From NCBI GenBank assembly GCA_963796965.1, contig CAWCNS010000012.1, positions 1 through 64,000 on the forward strand: 64,000 bases of DNA, written 5' to 3'. The first letter of the stretch is position 1, and the number at the start of each line of letters is the position of its first letter. Under the pieces are notes generated by a model. The model saw only the letters and a list, made by a program, of their open reading frames with translations. It did no database searches and was not told where the DNA came from. The position numbers and the translations under genes were made by a program. Shown here one piece after another: positions 43,582 to 54,863 of the stretch. The stretch is from Calditrichia bacterium (lineage in GTDB: Bacteria > Calditrichota > Calditrichia > JAJRVZ01).

Positions 43582-44050
43582 TATTATCCCACTGTTCAGG
43601 AAAATTACGATGCACATCAATCTGGCAGCACTTTTACCTATATTCAGACGCATCGCAATGCGCCTCTAACCCGATTACAACCCTCTAATCTCTCTTCTCT
43701 CCTCTGTCTTCTTACTCTTTACCCTCCACTCTCTACCCCCTACTCTCTACCTCTACCGCTCTTCACCCTCCACTCTCCACGCTCTACTACTATCCCTTCT
43801 CTCTTCTCTCCTCTGTCTTCTTACTCATTACCCTCTACTCTCCACTCTCCACTCTATACTCTCTACCAACAACACTCCTCTCTCTTCGCTTCCCGTTTCC
43901 CGCTCTTCACGATTCTTTTCAAGCGAATAATAAAATCTGATATTCATCTCTTAAAATATAGAAAGATCCTTTCAGGATGACTGATAAAAAGTTTGTTTTG
44001 TTTCGTTGCGTCGCAGCGGCGCTGCGTGAGACACGAATTTTTCCAGTTAC

Positions 44051-45442
44051 CTATGTGACATCCTGGTGACTCGACAACCGCTTTCCCATCCATCCTTTTG
44101 CCAATAGTAAGGAGATAGGTGTAATAATAGCGATACAGCCGTAGATAAACCAGAGCGTTTCGGTATTTAGCTGGTCCGGAGAGATGCCTGCCGGGGCAAA
44201 ATTCATCAAAAACCATCCCGAATATAAACTGGTTATAAACTTTGTCATAAACCAGGGGAACTGTCCAATACCCATATAAATACCAGTCATATTCTTCGGG
44301 GCGATTTCTGCGATCCAGGCTAAAAATCGGGGTTGCCACATCGCCTCACCAATGGTCATAATGATGAGATAGCCGAAAACGTTAGGTAATGTCGGGCCTA
44401 ACGCTAAAATAAAGGTAGGCGCGGCCATGACAAAGGTCCCGATAATCATCATTTTGTATGTATCTTTTTTTAAGGTCAATGCCGTAATAATTGGCGCCAA
44501 AATAAAAATTAAGATCGGATTAAAATTGACAAAAAATTCAAAGTTTTCGCTTACGACACCGGTAAAAGCGCGGCTGAAATATTGGGGTAGGGTTAACCAG
44601 TTATGAGCGAATAGGGTTTGTACTGGAATGAGAATAAAAATAAAAAACATAAAGCGTCCATCTTTAAGGGGAATATTGCGCATATAATATTTTACCCGTT
44701 CAACAAACTCGGTAGGCTCTTCTTCGGCTGGTACTTCAGGCTCTGGTTCAGGCTCTGTCTGCGCTGCTACCCGTTCTAAGGCAAGTTCAACGGTCTTTTT
44801 TGAGAGTATCACAGCAACCACAATAATACCCACTACCGTCAATGCAACATATACCCAGAACACACCAAGAATACCAAAGCTATGTCGGATTGGCGGAGAA
44901 ATTATACCAGGTAAGAATCCACCTAAATTCATTAATGCATAAAGCATGGCATAACCCATCGCTGCATTTTCCTTGGTAGTAAATTTCCGGATGGCAGCAT
45001 AACAGGCAGGTTGATAAATACCAAGTCCGAGAACGATGCCAACAATACCTAAAATGGTAACAAGATGGGCCGGATTCCAAAGACCTGCACCTCCTACAGT
45101 CGGGGCAATGCTTAGAAAAATTCTACCAAAAAGAAATAAAAATAGAGATATGAGAAGGGCCTTCCTAACGCCAATCCAGTCCACGGTTGCTCCCAGAAAG
45201 AGCATAGCCAGGGTAATACCCCAGGTGAGAATACCCACCATAATCCCTGCCTCAATATCATTTAAACCGATATACTCATTATAATAAATGGCTAACAAAC
45301 CCAGGACGCCAAAATAGGTGAGACCTTCAATCAGGTAAGATAGATTAATACCCCATAAGGCACGCGGTGCCTTAATCAGGTTAATAAAAGGATCAATAAT
45401 TTCCTGTAACGGACTCTTCTGTTGTTCTTGTGTTTTTTCCAA
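44051..45442 (-). CDS. MFS transporter (POT/peptide-like)
   Basis: Multi-TM; GATVDWIGVRKA, MNLGG, IGEAMWQPR. Confidence 0.9.
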   Translation of the reverse strand: MEKTQEQQKSPLQEIIDPFINLIKAPRALWGINLSYLIEGLTYFGVLGLLAIYYNEYIGLNDIEAGIMVGILTWGITLAMLFLGATVDWIGVRKALLISLFLFLFGRIFLSIAPTVGGAGLWNPAHLVTILGIVGIVLGLGIYQPACYAAIRKFTTKENAAMGYAMLYALMNLGGFLPGIISPPIRHSFGILGVFWVYVALTVVGIIVVAVILSKKTVELALERVAAQTEPEPEPEVPAEEEPTEFVERVKYYMRNIPLKDGRFMFFIFILIPVQTLFAHNWLTLPQYFSRAFTGVVSENFEFFVNFNPILIFILAPIITALTLKKDTYKMMIIGTFVMAAPTFILALGPTLPNVFGYLIIMTIGEAMWQPRFLAWIAEIAPKNMTGIYMGIGQFPWFMTKFITSLYSGWFLMNFAPAGISPDQLNTETLWFIYGCIAIITPISLLLAKGWMGKRLSSHQDVT

Positions 45443-45776
45443 TTTGATTTCCTCGTTATTTTATCACAACCGCATTAAGTGTGTGGAGTGATAGGTTCTT
45501 ATATTATTTATAAAGATTCTAAAAAAATGTAGAGACATCCCGGTGGGAGGTCTAATGATAGGTCGCATTTTTCAATTGTGATGAGACAATGAACCAGGTT
45601 CAGTGTGACCCAATTGTCATCCCGAACTTGGTTCGGGATCTAAACCGTGTTTGCTTAAGTGTAAAAGTTAAATTATTGCAATATTACGGGCAAATTTATT
45701 TATTTGAAGAGACGTAGCGTCGGTAGAAAATCCCGTTCATCGGGAGATGGCATTTAATTTTGATTATTTACCTAAT

Positions 45777-46037
45777 ATCATGAATGTCCGGTTTAAAAGA
45801 AGAATCAATATTTTAACAAAAATCCTCATTTAAAAATCCCTTCTCTTCTTCATGAGAAGGGGCTCCTTAAAGTCCCTCTCTTTTCATCCCGTCCCGGAAC
45901 GGGATCGCGTCTCGGGAAAGGAATCTTCGGGAAGGGTGAGTTCTTTAAATCAAGTCCCCATGTTGGGAAATCTATTAATCCATTGGATATCTCGTTGTTT
46001 ATAATTACATATCTAAATCTTAGCCGGATACTTATGA
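45777..46037. mobile_element. MITE-like element with imperfect TIRs containing REP hairpins
   Basis: TCATGAATGTCCGGTTTA ... TAGCCGGATACTTATGA, with CCTAATA on both sides. Confidence 0.5.
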
Positions 46038-46198
46038 CCTAATATCATGAATGTCCTGCTAATAAAATATTGTTGATACGGTAAAAAATCTTTAAAATAA
46101 CATCGTACCAAAGTATCGATGATCCACTTGCCTTGTTGAAATGGCATAATGTAAATGTAGAAATAATTATGCGACCGGCTGGAAAGGTAAAAAAAAAT

Positions 46199-48607
46199 AT
46201 GAATTCATTATTTTTCAGATCACGTAAATGTAACGGCGCAATTAAGAGATTGTGTGAGAATAAAAAATCAACCACGGACTTACACGGAATAGCACGGATC
46301 TATAATCGTTTAGTTGAGGAATGCGCAGTATTGTTAAAAAATATTTTACTCTTTTATAAAAACTCTGTGAAACTCCGTGTATCTCCGTGGTTAAAATGCT
46401 TTTTTACACAGCCTCTTAACCGCGTTGCTACATTTACCACATCCTCATCTTTTGTTTTCCTCTTCTTAATCTCAATCTTGTTGGAGAACGGAATAGCCCA
46501 ATTGGAAACTTCCCAACACTTAAAGGAAAAGACATGTTTTCAGACAGCTGCTCCCTGGAAGGCTGAATATGATGTGCGTGCTGATATAGCTATTGTGTAT
46601 GGCATGACGGATACCTTTACTGAAAGGGTGCGTCACTGGAAAGATCGGGGTTATGGTATTCATTTTATGACCGGAATCGCCTGGGGCAGCTACCAGGATT
46701 ATTTTACTGGTAAATTTGATGGTCAAACCCATATGGAAGATGGACAGGTGGATAGAGATGGAAATACTATCTGGCATCATCCGGATGTTCCTTATGTCGT
46801 TCCTTCCAAACCCTATCTCATTTATATCAAATCTCTGGTTAAAAAGGCAATTGACGGTGGTGTGGCCGCGATTCATCTGGAGGAACCCGAATTCTGGGCC
46901 CGTGCCGGTTACAGCGCGTCATTTAAAAACGAATGGCAGCGGTTTTACAATTCTCCATGGATGCCGCAACACCAATCACCGGAAGCAACCTATCTTTCCT
47001 CAAAACTTAAATATAATCTCTATTTCGAAGCGCTGAAAGAGGTCTTTTTGTATGCAAAGAATTACAGCGAAAGTCAGGGGAAACGGGTGAAAGCATATGT
47101 ACCGACCCATTCACTCATAAACTATTCTGCCTGGCGCATTGTCAGCCCTGAGGCAAGCCTGGCGGCTCTTCCCGGTATGGATGGATATATTGCCCAGGTA
47201 TGGACAGGCACCTCTCGCACACCCACTTATTTTAATGGTGTGATCAAAGAACGGGTATTCGAAAATGCCTATCTGGAATACGGTTCAATGATATCGATGA
47301 CGGAGCCAACGGGGCGCAAAATGTTTTTTCTTACTGATCCGGTTGAAGACCGTGCACGAACCTGGGAGGACTATAAAAGAAATTATCAGGCCACCTTTAT
47401 TGCCCAGTTAATGTATCCCATGGTTGATAACTACGAAGTTATGCCCTGGCCAACCAGAATCTATCTGGGAAAATTTAAAATGGAAAACAATGAAGAAAAA
47501 CAGGGCATCTCAAGACCCTACGCTACACAGATGCAGGTCATGATTAATTCATTAAACACGATGCCTCCGTCAGAGACAACAATCAACGGTACGCAGGGTA
47601 TAGGCGTTCTTTTATCAAACTCGATGATGTTTCAACGATTTCCCACCCATAAAGAATATGAGGATCCCCGTCTTTCCAATTTTTATGGAATGGTCATGCC
47701 CCTGATAAAAAGAGGTGTGCCCGTAAAAACAGTACATATGGAAAATCTTCATTTTACTACCTCCCTAAAAGGTATCAAAGTTCTGATAATGAGTTATGCG
47801 AATATGAAGCCGCTTTCCGCTGGATATCATTTAAAACTTGCTGAATGGGTGGAGAGTGGCGGTGTATTAATTTATTATGGACGTGATAATGACCCATTCC
47901 AGGAGGTCAGGGAATGGTGGAATAGCGATGGGAATTACTACAAGGCGCCGTCTGACCACCTATTTGAACAGATGACTATTAAACCGATGGAGGGGCAGCA
48001 AAATTACTCTTATGGTAAGGGTAGGGTTTATATTCTCCGTCAGGATCCCAAGGAGTTAATTTTGCAGTCCGGTAAGGATTTAGCGTTTATCAATCTGGTA
48101 AAACAGGCTTATGAAACAGATGCCTCGGCCGGTCAAATAGAATTTAAAAATAATTTTTACCTCCGGCGCGGACCCTATGATATTATTGCAGTCCTTGATG
48201 AATCAGACAACGCAGGCCCCTTGGAGATCAAAGGACCGGTGATCGATCTCTTTGATCCGGAATTACCGGTATTGACAAAGAAAACCGTTCAACCGGGAGA
48301 ACAAGCGTATCTCTACAATCTGAAAAGAGTCTCAAATAGCAAAATTCCGAAAGTTCTCTGCGCTGCCTCCAGGACCTACGAAGAAAGTATCAGCGAGAAG
48401 GGGTTTTCTTTTATCAGCAAAAGCCCCTCAGGAACCTGGAATGTTATGCGGATTTTATTGCCTGTAAAACCCAAGAAAGTTAGTATAACCGACCATCAAA
48501 TGAAAAATGAAGAGCAGGTGAGTATGGAATGGGATGAACAATCCAGCACCTGCTTGATCAAATTTGAAAACAGCAGTGAAGGGCATCGGGTGGATATTGA
48601 GTGGTGA
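46199..48607 (+). CDS. Large secreted hypothetical protein, probable glycoside hydrolase-like; carries an in-frame MITE near its N-terminus
   Basis: ATG at 46199 after GGAAAGG; IHLEEPEFW; GATase-like WVESGGVLI segment. Confidence 0.75.
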   Translation: MNSLFFRSRKCNGAIKRLCENKKSTTDLHGIARIYNRLVEECAVLLKNILLFYKNSVKLRVSPWLKCFFTQPLNRVATFTTSSSFVFLFLISILLENGIAQLETSQHLKEKTCFQTAAPWKAEYDVRADIAIVYGMTDTFTERVRHWKDRGYGIHFMTGIAWGSYQDYFTGKFDGQTHMEDGQVDRDGNTIWHHPDVPYVVPSKPYLIYIKSLVKKAIDGGVAAIHLEEPEFWARAGYSASFKNEWQRFYNSPWMPQHQSPEATYLSSKLKYNLYFEALKEVFLYAKNYSESQGKRVKAYVPTHSLINYSAWRIVSPEASLAALPGMDGYIAQVWTGTSRTPTYFNGVIKERVFENAYLEYGSMISMTEPTGRKMFFLTDPVEDRARTWEDYKRNYQATFIAQLMYPMVDNYEVMPWPTRIYLGKFKMENNEEKQGISRPYATQMQVMINSLNTMPPSETTINGTQGIGVLLSNSMMFQRFPTHKEYEDPRLSNFYGMVMPLIKRGVPVKTVHMENLHFTTSLKGIKVLIMSYANMKPLSAGYHLKLAEWVESGGVLIYYGRDNDPFQEVREWWNSDGNYYKAPSDHLFEQMTIKPMEGQQNYSYGKGRVYILRQDPKELILQSGKDLAFINLVKQAYETDASAGQIEFKNNFYLRRGPYDIIAVLDESDNAGPLEIKGPVIDLFDPELPVLTKKTVQPGEQAYLYNLKRVSNSKIPKVLCAASRTYEESISEKGFSFISKSPSGTWNVMRILLPVKPKKVSITDHQMKNEEQVSMEWDEQSSTCLIKFENSSEGHRVDIEW
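46246..46415. mobile_element. 170-bp MITE flanked by TTAA
   Basis: TIRs GAGATTGTGTGAGAA / TTTTTACACAGCCTC; TTAA at 46242-46245 and 46416-46419; internal IR arms CCACGGA/TCCGTGG. Confidence 0.75.
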
Positions 48608-48624
48608 GGGGCAAGATCATTAAT

Positions 48625-48653
48625 TTGACATTGAAATTTATGGGCATTAAATT
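48625..48653 (+). promoter_or_regulatory. sigma70 promoter of tRNA-Ala
   Basis: TTGACA-N17-TAAATT. Confidence 0.75.
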
Positions 48654-48667
48654 TCAAAACTGTTATC

Positions 48668-48743
<76 letters not shown>

Positions 48744-48744
48744 T

Positions 48745-48784
48745 AAGTCCTCATGATATTCTAATCATGAGGACTTTTCTTTTT
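48745..48784 (+). terminator. Intrinsic terminator after the tRNA
   Basis: AAGTCCTCATGAT/ATCATGAGGACTT plus T-tract. Confidence 0.85.
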
Positions 48785-48980
48785 TATATTGATTTTAATA
48801 TTTTTTTTCAAAAATATCGTTTATCTTCTTTCTACTCTCTACTCTCTACTCTCTACTCTCCACTCTCCACCCTCCACCCTCCACCCTCTACCCTCTACCA
48901 AGTACCTCTGTCAGTAAACAATCCGATATATATTCATCCAATTCTGTGACTCTGGGAATAATAAAATTTTATTTTGGGTT

Positions 48981-49005
48981 AAATAGGACTAAATTAGTCG
49001 TATTT
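48981..49005. promoter_or_regulatory. IscR type-1-like operator upstream of rrf2-suf
   Basis: AAATAGGACTAAATTAGTCGTATTT, core GACT-N5-AGTC. Confidence 0.7.
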
Positions 49006-49017
49006 AGGCAAAGTGAT

Positions 49018-49458
49018 ATGATAAGAATCAGTAAAAAAACAGAATATGCGATCATTGCGCTGGTCGACATGGCCTCAAATGAGAGCGAAAGCCTTGTGAC
49101 AGCTAAGGATCTTTCTGATCGATATAATATCCCACGCGAGATTCTGGGGAAGGTTTTGCAGAACCTGACTAAAAGCAATCTGATTGATTCGCAGCTGGGA
49201 GTAAAAGGGGGGTATCAACTACTGGTACCACTCGATTCAATAAATATAAATAGGGTCATTGAAAGTGTCGATGGTCCAATAAAACTTGTTGACTGTACGG
49301 ATGAAGACAGAGCCAATTGCGGTCAGATTGAATATTGTAATATCAAAAATCCTATGGAATTTATACAAACGGAATTAATCCGCTTTTTTGATGGTATAAC
49401 CCTGCAGGATTTTAAAAACCAGCATGCGGATCTGATTCCGCTTATTGATTTGAAATGA
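49018..49458 (+). CDS. Rrf2 family (IscR-like) regulator
   Basis: MIRISKKTEYA, GVKGGY, three C-terminal Cys; heads the suf cluster. Confidence 0.9.
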   Translation: MIRISKKTEYAIIALVDMASNESESLVTAKDLSDRYNIPREILGKVLQNLTKSNLIDSQLGVKGGYQLLVPLDSININRVIESVDGPIKLVDCTDEDRANCGQIEYCNIKNPMEFIQTELIRFFDGITLQDFKNQHADLIPLIDLK

Positions 49459-49724
49459 TATGAAATGTCAAACGTCAAACGGCAGACGTCAAACGTGAGA
49501 CGTGAAAGGTGAATTATAGTGGTATTGTAGGGTGGGCCTTGTCCAAGAGGGTGGAGCCTTGTGAATTAAAAAGAGGAGAGAAGACTTTCTCGTTAAGGAA
49601 CAAAATAAGAAAATAAATTCGTGAAATTAGGTTTTTAATTTGTGCAATTTGTGGAAAAAAACTTTGCACTATTTGCGCCTTCTTAGCGTCTTTGCGGTTA
49701 AAAATAGTTATACCAGGAAATATT

Positions 49725-51170
49725 ATGACAGAAGAAAAAAGACAATTAGAAAAATTAGCAAATCAGGAATATAAGTATGGGTTTGTTACGGACATAGAAG
49801 CAGATGCGGTACCAAAAGGCCTGAATGAAGACATAATCCGCATAATATCGGAAAAGAAAAATGAACCGGATTTCATGCTGGAATGGCGCTTGAAAGCCTT
49901 TCGGTATTGGCAAAAAATGGATGAACCCCGTTGGCCAAATGTTAAATATGATCCGGTAGATTATCAGGACATTATCTATTATTCAGCCCCAAAGCAGAAA
50001 AAAACGCTGAATAGTCTGGATGAGGTGGATCCTGAACTCCTGAAAACTTATGAAAAATTAGGAATTCCACTGAATGAACAGAAATTGCTGGCCGGAGTCG
50101 CTGTTGATGCCGTTTTTGACAGTGTTTCAGTGGCAACTACTTTCAAAGGAAAATTATCAGAACTGGGAATTATATTTTCATCTTTTTCCGATGCTTTACA
50201 AAATCATCCTGATTTGGTAAAAAAATACCTGGGAACAGTTGTACCACATACAGATAACTTTTTTTCGGCTCTAAATTCAGCAGTTTTTACCGATGGCTCT
50301 TTTGTCTATATCCCAAAGGGCGTTCGCTGTCCCATGGAACTATCTACCTATTTTCGTATAAATGCAGCCAACACGGGTCAATTTGAACGTACCTTAATTG
50401 TCGCTGACGAGGGGAGTTATGTCAGTTATCTCGAGGGATGCACAGCCCCCATGCGCGATGAAAACCAACTCCATGCTGCTGTCGTGGAGTTAGTAGCCCT
50501 GGACAATGCACAAATAAAATATTCAACGGTACAGAATTGGTATCCCGGTGATAAAGAAGGTAAAGGGGGCATTTATAATTTTGTCACCAAGAGAGGCGCC
50601 TGCCGGGGTGTGAACTCAAAAATTTCATGGACACAGGTGGAAACGGGTTCGGCGATTACCTGGAAATATCCAAGTGTTTTGCTCCAGGGTGATAATTCTG
50701 TTGGTGAGTTTTACTCCGTCGCTTTGACGAATAACCACCAGCAGGCAGATACTGGCACAAAGATGATTCATCTGGGAAAAAATACGAGCAGTACAATCGT
50801 TTCCAAAGGAATTTCTGCGGGAAAGAGCCAAAATTCCTATCGCGGTCTGGTTAAGATAAATAAAAAAGCCAGCAATGCCCGAAATTATTCTCAATGTGAT
50901 TCCCTCTTATTAGGTGATAAATGTGGGGCCCATACCTTTCCTTATATTGAAGTCAATAACACGTCAGCAAAGGTTGAACATGAAGCAACGACATCTAAAA
51001 TTGAAGAAGATCAGATATTCTATTGTAATCAAAGGGGACTTTCAACCGAAGATGCGGTTAATATGATTGTAAATGGGTATTGTAAAGAGGTCTTCCGGGA
51101 ATTACCCATGGAATTTGCTGTTGAAGCCCAAAACTTGTTAGCCATCAGTCTAGAGGGTAGTGTTGGATAA
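49725..51170 (+). CDS. sufB: Fe-S cluster assembly protein SufB
   Basis: [35 protein letters not shown]. Confidence 0.97.
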   Translation: MTEEKRQLEKLANQEYKYGFVTDIEADAVPKGLNEDIIRIISEKKNEPDFMLEWRLKAFRYWQKMDEPRWPNVKYDPVDYQDIIYYSAPKQKKTLNSLDEVDPELLKTYEKLGIPLNEQKLLAGVAVDAVFDSVSVATTFKGKLSELGIIFSSFSDALQNHPDLVKKYLGTVVPHTDNFFSALNSAVFTDGSFVYIPKGVRCPMELSTYFRINAANTGQFERTLIVADEGSYVSYLEGCTAPMRDENQLHAAVVELVALDNAQIKYSTVQNWYPGDKEGKGGIYNFVTKRGACRGVNSKISWTQVETGSAITWKYPSVLLQGDNSVGEFYSVALTNNHQQADTGTKMIHLGKNTSSTIVSKGISAGKSQNSYRGLVKINKKASNARNYSQCDSLLLGDKCGAHTFPYIEVNNTSAKVEHEATTSKIEEDQIFYCNQRGLSTEDAVNMIVNGYCKEVFRELPMEFAVEAQNLLAISLEGSVG

Positions 51171-51330
51171 TTAAAGAACGTTGCGCGTAGAGAGTAGAGC
51201 GTTGAGGGTAGCGACGCAAGGCATGCGTCGTCAGAAGAGAGAAGAGAATATCATCGATCATGACATGTAAAGGCGCATGGCAATGCGCCTCAGCGTCATG
51301 AAGGTAAAAACTTAAAAATAGAGGATATAA

Positions 51331-52089
51331 ATGTTAGAAATAAAAAATTTACACGCATCCGTTGCCGGAAATGAAATTCTTAAAGGAATAGATCTTTCTA
51401 TAAATCCGGGTGAGATTCATGCCATCATGGGACCTAATGGTTCAGGAAAAAGTACCCTGGCCCATGTGCTCTCAGGGAAAGAAGGCTATGAAATTACTAA
51501 AGGTTCAATCATCTATCAGGGAAAAGATCTGATCGAAATGGCGCCAGAAGAACGAGCCTGTGAAGGTGTGTTTCTCGCTTTTCAGTATCCCGTGGAAATT
51601 CCCGGTATCTCCAATACATACTTCCTGAAAACAGGTTTAAACGAGAAGAGAAAATACCTTGGTCTTCCTGAAATTGACGCTTATGATTTCTTAGATTTAG
51701 TAAAGGAAAAGGCGAAGTTAGTGGAAATTGATGAAAAATTGCTCAAGCGTCCTGTTAATGTAGGTTTCTCCGGTGGTGAAAAAAAGCGTAATGAAATATT
51801 TCAAATGGCTGTCCTGGATCCAACACTTGCCATCCTCGACGAGACAGATTCCGGACTTGATATCGATGCCCTTCGTATCGTTGCCAACGGTGTTACAAAA
51901 CTAAAAAGTCCTGAAAAATCGTTTCTGGTGATCACTCATTATCAGAGATTATTACACTATATAGTACCCGATATTGTACACGTATTGTATGATGGACGCA
52001 TTATCAGGTCAGGTGATAAGGATCTGGCTCTTGAGCTGGAAGATAAAGGTTATGATTGGTTAATAAAAGAAGCAGAGCAGGCCGTCTGA
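51331..52089 (+). CDS. sufC: Fe-S cluster assembly ATPase SufC
   Basis: GPNGSGKST, FSGGEKKRNE, DETDSGLD. Confidence 0.97.
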   Translation: MLEIKNLHASVAGNEILKGIDLSINPGEIHAIMGPNGSGKSTLAHVLSGKEGYEITKGSIIYQGKDLIEMAPEERACEGVFLAFQYPVEIPGISNTYFLKTGLNEKRKYLGLPEIDAYDFLDLVKEKAKLVEIDEKLLKRPVNVGFSGGEKKRNEIFQMAVLDPTLAILDETDSGLDIDALRIVANGVTKLKSPEKSFLVITHYQRLLHYIVPDIVHVLYDGRIIRSGDKDLALELEDKGYDWLIKEAEQAV

Positions 52090-53430
52090 TGAAAAAAATA
52101 TATGAAAAAGGAAATTCTGATTGGTATGCAGAAGTTTTCAAAATTTTTGAAAATGGTCTGAACGGTCAGTTAAAGACAGATTTCCATCAAACCCGTCAAA
52201 ATGCGATGGAAACATTCCGTCAATTGGGTTTTCCAACAACGAGACATGAAGAATGGAAATATACCAACTTATCTTCTCTTTTAAACCATAATTTTGAGAT
52301 TTCGAAAGTAGTTGATGAAGATAAACTACCATATAAAGATATTGATAAACATCTTTTTAATGATAGTGGATATCCGCTTCTGGTTTTTGTAAATGGATAT
52401 TTCATGCCAGCTTTATCAAATATTGAAAATCTCCCAGATGAAATTGAGGTAATGAGCCTTGAACAGGCCTTAAAAAGTAATCATCCCAGCCTGAGGGATC
52501 ATTATTCAAGATATGCGCTGACGGAAGCAGAAAGTTTTATTTCGCTCAATACAGCATTTGTACAGGATGGTACGCTAATCAATATTCCTGATAATATGAT
52601 CGCCGACCTCCCGATCCATTTGCTCTATCTCACGTTGCCTGAGGAAAAACCTTCTGTGAGTTTTACAAGAAATCTGATTGTCACAGGTAGCTCCAGCCAC
52701 GTGACTTTTGTTGAACACTTTTCCGCACTTTCTCCCGGGAATCTATTTTACAAATTCGGTAACAGAGATTTATGTGGGTGAAAACGCGCGTGTTGAGCGT
52801 ATAAAACTCCAAAACGAAAATGAAGAGGCTTTCCATATTTCCGCTCTAAATGTTTTGCAGGAGAGGGACAGTCGTTTTGTGGATCATAATCTAAATCTTG
52901 GATCCGGACTAAGCCGAAATAATATTTCAACGATTTTTAATGATCAGGGCGGATATTCTGTGCTTAACGGTCTCTACGCCGGCGACAACAATCAACTCAT
53001 GGATAATCACACCTCAATTGATCATGCTCATCCTCATTGTGAAAGTTTTGAATTGTATAAAGGTATCCTCGATAAAAAATCCAGAGGTGTGTTTAATGGT
53101 AAAATTTTTGTCCGTCCTGATGCGCAAAAAACCAATGCGATCCAGTCAAACAATTGTATATTGCTCTCCGATGAGGCAACCATCGACACAAAACCTCAGT
53201 TAGAGATTTTTGCCGACGATGTTAAATGTACACATGGCGCAACAATTGGACAGCTAGATGATGATGCCTATTTTTACATGCGCGCGCGCGGAATTAATAA
53301 AGAAAAGGCGAGAAAATTACTAATTTATGCCTTTGCCAGTGAAGTTATTGACAAAATTGAACATAATCTGATCCGAGAGAAAGTAACCAGCTTGTTTGAA
53401 GAGAAGTTGGTGCAGATTAAATTGGATTAA
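52089..53430 (+). CDS. sufD: Fe-S cluster assembly protein SufD; one frameshift near 52735
   Basis: EEWKYT; KPQLEIFADDVKCTHGAT. Confidence 0.92.
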
Positions 53431-53588
53431 AGGGATTAAATAACGATGAGAAAAGAGAGAATAGAACGTTAACATAAGACAAGCAGAAGTTTAATAAGTA
53501 GGGGCGGGCCAGAAATAGGTGGCGTGCAATACGTTTTTTGATGAGAAAAAGAGAAGAGTAAATAGAGTTAAGAGGAGAGAATTGGCGA

Positions 53589-54041
53589 ATGGATGAACTA
53601 CGGGAACTGTATCAGGAAATCATTCTTGACCACAATAAGAATCCAAGAAACTTCAGGGAAATTGAAAACGCCGATCAGGTACAGGAAGGTTTGAATCCGC
53701 TCTGTGGAGATCATTATAAATTTTATCTGGTTTTTGAAGATGATAAAATTAAGGATATTGCCTTTAAGGGAGCGGGATGTGCCATTTCTAAAGCTTCAGC
53801 TTCATTGATGAGTTCATTGCTGATTGGCAAAACAAAAGATGAAGCAGAACATCTTTTTCAATTGTTTCATAAAGTGGTTACAGGTGAGCTAGATGCGGTT
53901 GAACACAGGGATGAATTAGGGAAATTAGCGGCATTTGCCGGCGTTGCCGAATTCCCCATGCGTGTAAAATGTGCTACCTTAGCCTGGCATACCATGCATT
54001 CAGCATTGCACGAGGAGGAAGGCGCTGCTTCCACTGAATAA
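53589..54041 (+). CDS. sufU: SUF system NifU-type scaffold
   Basis: LYQEIILDH, NPLCGD, GCAIS, RVKCA. Confidence 0.93.
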   Translation: MDELRELYQEIILDHNKNPRNFREIENADQVQEGLNPLCGDHYKFYLVFEDDKIKDIAFKGAGCAISKASASLMSSLLIGKTKDEAEHLFQLFHKVVTGELDAVEHRDELGKLAAFAGVAEFPMRVKCATLAWHTMHSALHEEEGAASTE

Positions 54042-54323
54042 AAGGGTGTTTTTTTAATTTAGTCCATGAATTCTGTGCATTTTTATTTCGTACTAAAAAA
54101 TGTCTTAGTTTTGATACTGAAACTTATGTTACATCTGTAAGCCCCGAATAAATATTAGAAGTTGAAATTTTTTTATAAAGATTTTATAGATTTGCGCATC
54201 TATTTGAATATCATAGTATTAATCATAAAATTATTAAAATAATTCGTGTAAATTTGTGAAATTCGTGGATGAAGATCTTTGCGCTGCTCCGCCGCTGCGT
54301 GAAACAGAATCTGAGAGGACAGT

Positions 54324-54638
54324 ATGATTGATCCAAAAGAACTAGAAGAAAAAGTAGTCAATATAATAAAAACCGTATTTGATCCGGAGATCCCGGTCAA
54401 TATATATGAATTGGGATTGATTTACCGGATTCGTATTGAACCTCCCGATCAGGTCTATGTTAAAATGACATTAACTTCACCTCAATGTCCCGCTGCTGAA
54501 TCATTGCCCTTTGAAGTTGAATCCAAAGTTAATGCCTTGGAAGAGGTTTCTTTTGTTAATGTGGAGATCGTCTGGGAACCGCAATGGACACCGGAAATGA
54601 TGAGCGAAGCAGCTAAACTTGAACTGGGTATGCTTTAA
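54324..54638 (+). CDS. DUF59/SufT Fe-S assembly protein
   Basis: DPEIPVNIYELGLIY, TSPQCP. Confidence 0.9.
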   Translation: MIDPKELEEKVVNIIKTVFDPEIPVNIYELGLIYRIRIEPPDQVYVKMTLTSPQCPAAESLPFEVESKVNALEEVSFVNVEIVWEPQWTPEMMSEAAKLELGML

Positions 54639-54863
54639 ATTTTAACCACAGAGTTACCCCCGTAATACGGGGCAGACCAGAAAAATTTACAGAATTAATT
54701 CCTGGCTAAATTGAAATAATATAATAATAATCATTTTTTCTTCGGTGTCCTTCGGTGGTTAATAAACTTTTGTTTAAAGAGGAGCCAGAGTCTGTCAGGC
54801 CCGGAGGACATCATAGCCCCTCTGTGGTTATAATCCATTTTTTTCGAATAGAAGGATCAATAT

